Assembly (NCBI GenBank): GCA_963736655.1
Contig: CAVTPM010000015.1
Span: forward strand, 1,369,755-1,433,754
Reading direction: 5' to 3'
From: an uncultured Actinomycetota bacterium
GTDB taxonomy: Bacteria > Actinomycetota > Actinomycetes > DATJPE01
Length of the DNA: 64,000 nt
Shown here: positions 31,168-38,670 of the stretch, piece by piece
How the letters are laid out: each line of letters opens with the position of its first letter
Numbering within the stretch: position 1 is the first letter of the stretch
The notes under the pieces: model-generated
What the model saw: the letters and a program-made list of their open reading frames with translations, nothing else
Database searches by the model: none
What the model was told of the DNA's origin: nothing
Position numbers and translations under genes: made by a program

Positions 31168-31773
31168 TCAGACGCGCCCGAAGGTCACTCGCGAGCTGTA
31201 GATGGAGGCGAGGCCCGTGCGCTCCCCCGGCCTGCTTGCGTGGTAGAGCTTGCGACCGCCGGCGAAGATGCCGACGTGGTAGATGTGCCCGCCGCTGCTG
31301 TGGAAGAAGATCAGGTCACCGGGACGCGCGTGCTTGCGACTGACGTGCCGCACCTTGGAGTACTGCGCCGATGAGCTGTGCGGGAGCGAACGCCCGAGCT
31401 TGCCGAAGACGTACCGCGTGTAGCCGGAGCAGTCGAAACCCGCTGGCGTCGTGCCGCCGTAGCGGTAGTAGCTGCCGTCGTACTTGCGCGCGGTGCTCAG
31501 GATGCGGGTCGGGGTGAGCCCGGTCTTCTTCTTCTTCGGGAGGGCCTTAGCCCCGGTCGGCTTGGACGCCAGCGCGGCGGAGCCGACCGAGCCCGCAGCG
31601 CTGGTCGTCGTGCGCGTCACAGCGCCGATCGCCGAGATGCCGGAGCCGGCCGTCGCCGGGTCGACGTAGGCCTGAGCCGGGGACGCCCCGAGAGTCGGGA
31701 CCGCCACAGCACCAGCGAGGACGGCGACCAGGGTGAGCTCGCGCGCACGGCGCGCGGACAGACGATGGGGCAT
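31168..31773 (-). CDS. secreted NlpC/P60 (C40) peptidase
   Basis: Signal peptide ending AQA; YRYGGTTPAGFDCSG, PGDLIFF, YHVGIFAG. Confidence 0.92.
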   Translation of the reverse strand: MPHRLSARRARELTLVAVLAGAVAVPTLGASPAQAYVDPATAGSGISAIGAVTRTTTSAAGSVGSAALASKPTGAKALPKKKKTGLTPTRILSTARKYDGSYYRYGGTTPAGFDCSGYTRYVFGKLGRSLPHSSSAQYSKVRHVSRKHARPGDLIFFHSSGGHIYHVGIFAGGRKLYHASRPGERTGLASIYSSRVTFGRV

Positions 31774-31792
31774 GCGGAGCACGAAGAGTCCT

Positions 31793-31943
31793 TCTCCGAC
31801 GCCTGCGAGGTGAGCTGTCGGGTTCGGACCGGAGTTGGCCCGGCCGCACGAAGCGGCTTCACCCCAAGGTCAGGGCGGATCAGATCGACCCGTCACAACC
31901 GTAGAACCTGTGGTTCCCCCACTCCTGCCCAGCGGATGGAGCA
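31793..31943 (-). ncRNA. cyclic di-AMP (ydaO-yuaA) riboswitch
   Basis: Minus strand reads GGGGGAACC...GGGGTGAA...GGGCCAACTC...CGAACCCGACAGCTCACCTCGCAGGCG directly upstream of the C40 peptidase, the known actinobacterial context. Confidence 0.85.
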
Positions 31944-32172
31944 CGCCTGGACCTCGACGTGGGGCAGGACTCGGCGAGCACGTCGGGGCACTCCCGCCAA
32001 CAGCAGGAGCGGGACGAGGTTACGTGGACCTTCGGCCTTTGTCACGTTCCGGTCACACGCCTGCCGGAGAGTTGCGCTGACCGGGTGAAGGATCGGGGTC
32101 GACGTTCTCGCGCTGTGCGAACGACCGGACAGCTCCGGTCCCGCGGCCTCAGGCCAACCAAGGACTCGCCGG

Positions 32173-32412
32173 CTACGTGGGCGGCGCCAGCAGACGGACG
32201 AACCAGAGCTTGCAGCCCTGGCCGACCCGGTAGACAGCGGAATAGCCGTCCTTGACGGACAGCTCGATCTCGTCGTTGAGCATCAGCCGACGGTCCGTGG
32301 CGTAGGCCCAACCCTGCAACGGTCCGTCTCCGGCTACATAGGCCACCCGCAAGGGCTCACCCTCCAACGTCTCGACCACCGACGTACGTGCACGCTCGTC
32401 ACGGACCGTCAC
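32173..32412 (-). CDS. small hypothetical protein
   Basis: 79-aa ORF with atypical codon usage; no family recognised. Confidence 0.35.
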   Translation of the reverse strand: MTVRDERARTSVVETLEGEPLRVAYVAGDGPLQGWAYATDRRLMLNDEIELSVKDGYSAVYRVGQGCKLWFVRLLAPPT

Positions 32413-32430
32413 GGACCGGCACGGACCGGT
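32401..32430 (+). repeat. 10-nt tandem repeat ACGGACCG(T/G)(C/T) x3
   Basis: acggaccgtc acggaccggc acggaccggt read directly. Confidence 0.75.
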
Positions 32431-32583
32431 GGGCGGCGGCGTGGCTCACTGCACCAGGGATGTCGACGCGCGAAATGCCCGTCTTGAGTCCGGCGGAGGA
32501 ATACCCCGCGAAGGACGCGTCGCCACGTGGCCGGACGACGTGAGCCGGGCGCCGGGTCACCCGCTGTCGGGTCGGCGCCACCT

Positions 32584-32760
32584 TCACAGCGGCAGCTCGA
32601 TCACTTCCTCGCCGTCGAACCAGTCGCCCGTGAGCCTGAACCCGTAGGCCAGGTAGAAGCCCCGTGGTGAGGCGACGTGCCGGGCGCCTCGAGCACAGGA
32701 GTCACCGTCGCTGATCATGACGAACCCGACAGGGACGTCGACGGCGTAGCGGCTCGGTAC
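32584..32760 (-). pseudogene. internally deleted GNAT N-acetyltransferase relic
   Basis: In frame: VPVGFVMISDG...SPRGFYLAYGFRLTGDWFDGEEVIELPL*; the central acetyl-CoA-binding motif A is absent. Confidence 0.6.
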
Positions 32761-32800
32761 CCGGGCAGGGTCGGAGTGGCAGTCGCTCGACCGCCGACGG

Positions 32801-33082
32801 TCAGGATCGCCCTCTCACGCGAGGAGCCGCTGGGTTCTCGGTGGGCAGCTGACCGCAGGAGAAGCCCGCTCGGGTCCGCTCCGCCCTGGCCTCGGCCAGG
32901 CCGGCGACACGCGGGTCGGCCGGATGGGACGTCCGCCGCCGCGCAACCCAGAGCGCCCAGCAGGCGACGAGGATGGGGACCGAGAACACGACCAGCAGCG
33001 CCAGCACGACCCAACCACCTCCGCGCCTCCGCTCGGCGCCTCGACGACCCGGCGGCCGGCCAGAGCCGGGCCGCAGCAACAA
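32801..33082 (-). CDS. possible small single-TM protein
   Basis: Hydrophobic WVVLALLVVFSVPILVACWALWVA followed by RRR. Confidence 0.35.
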   Translation of the reverse strand: MLLRPGSGRPPGRRGAERRRGGGWVVLALLVVFSVPILVACWALWVARRRTSHPADPRVAGLAEARAERTRAGFSCGQLPTENPAAPRVRGRS

Positions 33083-33253
33083 GCCTCGTCGATGATCGAC
33101 CCCAGGTCCCGCTCAGGGCAACCCCCGGATCCTCGTACGGCCTTGATGGAGAGCGTTGAGTCGGCCGGGCGGTCCGATCACCATCCACGATCGGATCGGT
33201 GAGCAGAAAGTCTGGCGTACTCCTTCTGGGCGTGCCACCGATCGATGCTGCGA

Positions 33254-33963
33254 TCAGTCTGTCGTCGCAGGGGACTGCGGCGACGCAGACGACTCCGGTG
33301 TTGCCGTCCTGGTCGGCGATCACGGTGAGCGACGGCGCGTCGCTGTCATCGACGACGGTCCCACCCGCGGCGAGGGCGGCGGCGATTCGTTGCTCGGCCA
33401 CCTCGGGCGCCACATACACCTCGACGTGGAACCGCTGACCGAGATGTCTCGAGCTCGTCGACGTCCCCGAACCACAGGTTTGGTACCCGTCCCGTGGCGT
33501 CCCGGATCTCGTCGCTGGGGGACCCGTGTCCCTGGGCCTCGGCGTTCCCGGTCAGCAGGGCGGCCCACACCGGGGCGATGGTCGCGGAGTGCGCCGTGTC
33601 GAGGCCAAGTTCGATGACGCTGACCGAGGCAGGGTCGGCATCGACCTTGTGGGCGGCGGCGATCTGGGTGATCCGTCGCGCAAGGTCGACGTCCTGTTGG
33701 GTCACCCATTCGACGACGTGTTCGGTGCCCTCGTCGTCGCGGTAGATGGCGTCGGCGCTGACCAGCTTGAGGTCGACGTACCCATTGCCGAGCGACACGC
33801 TCGGGTGGTGTCCGAGCGCGTCGCCCGCCTCGCCCACTGCAGTGACGAACCGTGCCCCGGTGCCGAAGTCGTCGACCAGGTAGCGGGCATGCAGCCCCTG
33901 GGCCAGCTTGCGCCAGTCAGTCAGCTTGGCCCCGACGATCTCCGCGCCCTTCAGCATGTCCAT
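33254..33963 (-). CDS. pterin-4a-carbinolamine dehydratase-like plus VOC/glyoxalase two-domain protein (frameshift near 33440)
   Basis: DWRKLAQGLHARY...GHHPSVSL...DVDLARRIT; IELGLDT...VWAALL; RFHVEVYVAPEVAEQRIAAALAAGG..V..SDAPSLTVIADQDGN. Confidence 0.8.
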
Positions 33964-34933
33964 GTTCGGGGAACCTATCTCTGACTGTCTCGGTGTGGAG
34001 GGGCAGACGTGGCGAGCGGTCCACCGTGAGCGTGAAGATGTCGGGTCTCGCGTAGTGCCCTGCGACGTCCAGGGTGCGGTGCTCGTTGCTTGCTCGGGTG
34101 GCATCGATGTCGGCGTACAGGATCCCGTGCTCCTCGTGGAGTGGCCCGGCGACTACCTCTCCGTTGGGGGCGACGACCACCGAGTCGCCCGGATTGAGCC
34201 ACTTGTCCGGCCCCTCGAAGACCATCTCCCGCGAGGGAAAGGTCTCCGGTATGTCGCGTGTGGCAAGGGCACAACCCGAGCTGATGACCCAGCACCGGCC
34301 CTCGGACGCGATGTGCCGCATGGAGGCGATCCATCCGTCGCCGCTGTCCCAGGTGGAGGCGATGTAGATCTGGATACCTTCGGCGTAGAGGGTGTATCGA
34401 GCCAGGGGCATGTAGTTCTCCCAGCAGATCAGGCCACCGAGGCGACCGAATGGCGTCTCGATGACGCGGAGGCCGGACGCGTCGCCCTGGCCCCATACCA
34501 TCCGCTCGGGGTTGGTGGGCACGAGCTTGCGGTGCCGGTTGAGGATCGCGCCGTCGGCTCCGATGGTGACCAGGGTGTTGTAGATCGTCGCCCGACTGAA
34601 CGAGCCCTCCCGTTCGTGGATGCCGCAGACGACGACCACGCCCCGCTCGGCCGCGGCCACTTGCAGCGGCGCAAGGTCGTCGGTGGACAGGTCGACACTG
34701 TTGGCCAGCAGCTGGGCGTGGATCTCCTGACTGAGCCCGTAGTCGGCGCCGGGGCGCAGGGACCAGATCCAGACCGGGTAGCCGGGCAGGAAGGTCTCAG
34801 GAAAGACCACGAGCCCGGATCCGGCGTCAGCGACTTCGTGCACCGCCTCGACGGCGGTCTTCACGGTGGAGTCCCGATCCAACAGGACCGGCGGCCGTTG
34901 AACGACTGCCACCTTCACGGACTGCTCGGTCAT
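33917..34933 (-). CDS. nitrilase (carbon-nitrogen hydrolase, branch 1)
   Basis: Catalytic triad FPETFLPGYP (E), HRKLVPT (K), GGLICWENYMPL (C); DVAGHYARPD. Confidence 0.9.
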   Translation of the reverse strand: MTEQSVKVAVVQRPPVLLDRDSTVKTAVEAVHEVADAGSGLVVFPETFLPGYPVWIWSLRPGADYGLSQEIHAQLLANSVDLSTDDLAPLQVAAAERGVVVVCGIHEREGSFSRATIYNTLVTIGADGAILNRHRKLVPTNPERMVWGQGDASGLRVIETPFGRLGGLICWENYMPLARYTLYAEGIQIYIASTWDSGDGWIASMRHIASEGRCWVISSGCALATRDIPETFPSREMVFEGPDKWLNPGDSVVVAPNGEVVAGPLHEEHGILYADIDATRASNEHRTLDVAGHYARPDIFTLTVDRSPRLPLHTETVRDRFPEHGHAEGRGDRRGQAD

Positions 34934-35059
34934 GTGGACTCCTTGGACGTTGTCGGAACCGCTGCCAAGGTAGCCCTCCGACGGTCGGGAACCACGTCGG
35001 CTGGGAAAGCCCTGATACCGCGCCGAATGCCGGATATCTCTTTGCCCGACCCCCACGGC

Positions 35060-35170
35060 CACGTCGTCGATGAGGTCGACGGCGAGCTGGCGTCGGGCCT
35101 TGCCCGCGACGTCGCGGGGCCGGACGGTGCCGACGACCTCTTTGGCCCTGGTCGCGGTCAGTTTCAGTTC
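35060..35170 (-). mobile_element. internal fragment of an IS110-family transposase
   Basis: Translates LKLTATRAKEVVGTVRPRDVAGKARRQLAVDLIDDV, resembling the coiled-coil region of actinobacterial IS110 transposases; recognised from memory. Confidence 0.55.
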
Positions 35171-35485
35171 AGCGCCAGCATCTCCTGTCGCTGGAGGGAC
35201 GACGGGAGGGCATGCCTACCTCGGGCGACGCAGACCCCTCTCGAGCCACTTCCCGTCAGCGGTGACCAGCGGAACGCACTCCGTTAAAGAGCCACACGAA
35301 ACCGTGGGCAGGCACATCTGGAGCGATCCGCCGGCCACCTAACTCACAGCCTGGCCCGGCCACGAGCTGACCGAAAGTGAACAGGTAGGCACGTCTGCTA
35401 GTGCTCGGACGGTTGCGACCATCTGTCCAGCGACATCCCGAGTTAGGATCCCGCCTGCCTCCGGGTCTTGTGCCAAGGCGCGCCT

Positions 35486-36166
35486 TCACGACTGCGGAGG
35501 TGCCGCTACCCCGAACGGTGTCCACTGCCCCTCGGAGATCACCTCGACGGAGCCGTCGACGACCTTGATGGCCGTCTGCTCGTCGATGGCGTAGGCGGGG
35601 ATGCCGAGGTCAGCCGCCCACTGCTCCGCGTTGGCCAGGGTGTTGTCGGGGAAGGCGTTCAGGTGCGGGAAGATCGAGAAGTCGACGACGCCCAACGTGC
35701 GGTCGTCCGGCGCGGACGGCCACTCTACGAAGGCCGCACCGATCCTCGGCGTCATCACCATGCTCCCAGCGCTCACCCCGACCCAGACTTTGTCCGACAG
35801 CGTCGGCAGCAGGTCCGCTAACCCTGACTCGCGCATCCAATGGCAGAGGTAGGTCGCGTCGCCGCCGTCGACAAGTAGCACGTCGGCCTCTCGGACCCAT
35901 GGCACCCACCGCTCGGGACCGATCGTGGGCAGTGCGGTGAGCTCGAGGACGCCGAGGGACGCCCAGCCCAAGCCGGACAGGTAGCGGAAGTCGGGTTCGC
36001 TGGCGACCAAGCCCCGCACCGACGTCGGGCCGCACATCGGGTGACCCCACTGCGCGGTCGGGACGCAGAGCGCGTGGCACTCCTCAACCGGCTTGCCGAG
36101 AAGCTGCACGAGCGCTGAGTGAATGGTTGGGTTCGTTACGCCGCCCGACGTAAGCAGCAGTTTCAT
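35486..36166 (-). CDS. peptidase E / S51 (type 1 glutamine amidotransferase-like)
   Basis: MKLLLTSGG, LLVDGGDATYL.HWMRESGL, WVGVSAGSMV, FPHL, YAIDEQTAI. Confidence 0.88.
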   Translation of the reverse strand: MKLLLTSGGVTNPTIHSALVQLLGKPVEECHALCVPTAQWGHPMCGPTSVRGLVASEPDFRYLSGLGWASLGVLELTALPTIGPERWVPWVREADVLLVDGGDATYLCHWMRESGLADLLPTLSDKVWVGVSAGSMVMTPRIGAAFVEWPSAPDDRTLGVVDFSIFPHLNAFPDNTLANAEQWAADLGIPAYAIDEQTAIKVVDGSVEVISEGQWTPFGVAAPPQS

Positions 36167-36303
36167 GGTGCCCCCGATTCGTGTGCGGGCTCGAATACCG
36201 TCAGTAGCAGTCAAGCTCAAAGTCAGAATCAGCCGAAGGTGAACGCAGTTCAATCGCCAGAAGGCGATGCAGATCGGCACTTCGCGTGCAGTGGGACCGA
36301 AAC

Positions 36304-36768
36304 CTAGGCGCTCGTAGCGACGAAGTCTCCGTTCGCGGTGTCTCGGCCCCGCCGCAGCCGGACGTCGTGAACGACTGCCGCCACGATGGCGAGGGCGAAG
36401 GCAACGCCGAGCACGCCGCTCACGACCAGGACGCCGCGAGGAGTCGTGACGGGCTCCGGCGAGAGAGCCTCACCGAGCGAACCCACCAGCGTGAATCCCG
36501 CGATGACGACGGAGAGCGTGTCGCCGAGGTATCCAATGCGGCCGCGCGGGATGGCCAGGAGACCCGCGACGACCATCAGGACAACGAGGCCGATAGGCGC
36601 GGACAAGGCCGTCCCGGCGACGAACCAGGCAAGGAGCCCCCCGTCGGGCGTGCTCTTGTCGGACATGAACTGCGCGGGCCAGCCCGCGACTGCGGCAAGC
36701 ACGGTCGCCACCACTGCCCAGGCAGCGAGTCCGAACATCACCCACGGGGCACGAAAGCCGTTCACCAC
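36304..36768 (-). CDS. hypothetical 4-TM membrane protein
   Basis: Four hydrophobic segments; GGGGAG RBS upstream. Confidence 0.6.
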   Translation of the reverse strand: MVNGFRAPWVMFGLAAWAVVATVLAAVAGWPAQFMSDKSTPDGGLLAWFVAGTALSAPIGLVVLMVVAGLLAIPRGRIGYLGDTLSVVIAGFTLVGSLGEALSPEPVTTPRGVLVVSGVLGVAFALAIVAAVVHDVRLRRGRDTANGDFVATSA

Positions 36769-36898
36769 ACTCCCCCTCGCCTGCTCTCGGCACCGAGTGA
36801 CGGGGCCGAGTATCTCACTCGGCGTGCTCGGTCGAACGTCGAGTCACCATCCGCGCATACTCCCGGCTATTGGTCGGTTCTGGGTGGTGTTCGGGGGG

Positions 36899-37310
36899 TT
36901 AGGTGGTGGTGTTCCAGGGGTCGAGGGGGTCGGGGTTCAGGGGTCGGGGTCGGGTGGTGCCGAGGGGTTGGCCCCAGCGGTCGGTGAAGGCCCAGCTGCC
37001 GGTGTGGTCGCGGTGGATGGTGATGTGGTGGTCGTGGACGTGGGGGTGGTGGTGGTAGCAGAGCAGGATGGCGCCGTGGGTGGCGTCAGTGCCGGCGCCA
37101 CCGGCCCAGCCGCCGGGGTCGGTGTGGTGGCCTTCGCACTGGCAGGGGGGTGCGTGGCAGCCGGGGTACATGCATCCGCCGTCGTGGGCGTCCAACGCCC
37201 TCCGCCTGGGTCCGGTGAAGGTGCGTTGGGCGCGGCCGACGTCGAGGACCTGGCCCTGGGGGTCCGAGATGGCGCCGCGGGGGATCGCCAGCTCGCAGAC
37301 CAACCGGTCT
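36899..37310 (-). pseudogene. C-terminal fragment of a DUF222/HNH endonuclease (REP13E12-like)
   Basis: VLDVGRAQRTFTGPRRRALDAHDGGC.YPGC...CEGHH...W..G..T...ILLCYHHH..VH; no N-terminal DUF222 region upstream. Confidence 0.8.
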
Positions 37311-37585
37311 CAGCTACGCTGCGGGGGATCGCAGGTCCCGCGACTCCTGCAAGGTCGCGGGCGCCAACCCGGTCAGGGGTGCCTTGACCGTTAGCAGGCT
37401 TCGAGGGTAGGCGTAGGGGACGTGCACGACGAGGCTGGGTCGGACTGAGGCGTGGTCACCGACGTACCGCCGGCCAGGATGACCGAGCCAGCGCTCGTGC
37501 TCCGCCTCGGGGTGACCCCTCGGCGTCACCCCGCCCAGGAAGACAGACGACCGCCGGCGACCGCGAGGCGCGGAGAGGCCCTCGG

Positions 37586-37930
37586 CTAGGTCGCGGGCCT
37601 TCCCGCAAGCAGAGTTTCGCCAGCAGCAGACCAGGCGAAGACACCGCCCGACAGGTTCGTCACCGTCCGCCCCTCGGCGGCCAGCACACGAACGGCGAAG
37701 GGAGACCGATGACCAGTCCTGCACATCACTACGAGGTCACGACCCTCGGGGAGGGCGCCCCGCTCCCGACGCAGCCTGCTCAACGGGAGGTTCACGGCGC
37801 CCGGCGCATGACCGGAGGCAAACTCCCGCGCCTCCCTGACGTCCACGAGCAGCGCGCCCCCGGCGAGCAGCAGCAGGGCCCCGGCCACATCGGTCGAAGG
37901 GAGTGCCGCGCGCCGACGGAACAACCCCAT
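37586..37930 (-). CDS. rhodanese-like domain protein
   Basis: LVDVREAREFASGHAPGAVNLPL, MCRTGHRS, NLSGGVFAW. Confidence 0.9.
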   Translation of the reverse strand: MGLFRRRAALPSTDVAGALLLLAGGALLVDVREAREFASGHAPGAVNLPLSRLRRERGALPEGRDLVVMCRTGHRSPFAVRVLAAEGRTVTNLSGGVFAWSAAGETLLAGRPAT

Positions 37931-37931
37931 G

Positions 37932-38624
37932 TCAGGCCGTGGTGGCCACGGACACGAAGACGTGCCCCGCGGTGTCCAGGTCCAGCTCGGCGTACTCCAT
38001 GCCTGAGCCGACGAGCACCCCGCCGGCCGATGTGGTGGCCTTGACGACCTCTCCCGGACGTACCCCGGCCCGGTGCAGCGCCGCCATCATGCCCGCGTCG
38101 ACCTGCACGGGCTCGCCGATCCGCCGAACGACGAGCCGCCGAGGTTCATCGGTCACCGAGACAGCGAGGCTCACGAGCGTCTCGTCTGAGGCGACCGACG
38201 GAGCTGCGCCGAGCTCGGCCAACCCGGGGATGGGGTTGCCGTACGGCGACGTGGTCGGGTGGTCCAACAGCTCGAGGAGCCGCCGCTCGACCGCCTCGGA
38301 CATCACGTGTTCCCAGCGGCACGCTTCAGCGTGGACGTCCTCCCACGCCATGCCGATCACATCGAGGAGCAGGCACTCCGCCAGCCGGTGCTTGCGCATC
38401 ACGCGGGTGGCGAGCGCGCGGCCCTGGTCGGACAGCTCGAGGTGACGATCGCCTTCGACGGTCACCAGACCGTCGCGCTCCATCCGGGCCACGGTCTGGG
38501 ACACCGTCGGCCCGCTCTGCCCGAGCCGCTCAGCGATCCGGGCACGCAAGGGGACGACGCCCTCCTCCTCCAGCTCGAAGATCGTCCGGAGGTACATCTC
38601 GGTGGTGTCGATGAGGTCGCTCAC
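37932..38624 (-). CDS. ideR: DtxR/IdeR family iron-dependent repressor
   Basis: DLIDTTEMYLRTIFELEEEG..PLRARIAERL.QSGPTVSQTVARMERDGL, VMRKHRLAE, EACRWEHVMS, SPYGNPIPGL. Confidence 0.93.
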   Translation of the reverse strand: MSDLIDTTEMYLRTIFELEEEGVVPLRARIAERLGQSGPTVSQTVARMERDGLVTVEGDRHLELSDQGRALATRVMRKHRLAECLLLDVIGMAWEDVHAEACRWEHVMSEAVERRLLELLDHPTTSPYGNPIPGLAELGAAPSVASDETLVSLAVSVTDEPRRLVVRRIGEPVQVDAGMMAALHRAGVRPGEVVKATTSAGGVLVGSGMEYAELDLDTAGHVFVSVATTA

Positions 38625-38670
38625 GCGGGCCTGCTCCGAAGGACGTACGGCGAAGGGGGACGCCCCATCC

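Noticed and set aside
36898-36904. ACCTAAC (minus strand) overlapping the HNH stop as an attC left end
   Set aside because: No GTTRRRY partner or complementary arm downstream; the C-rich tail explains it.
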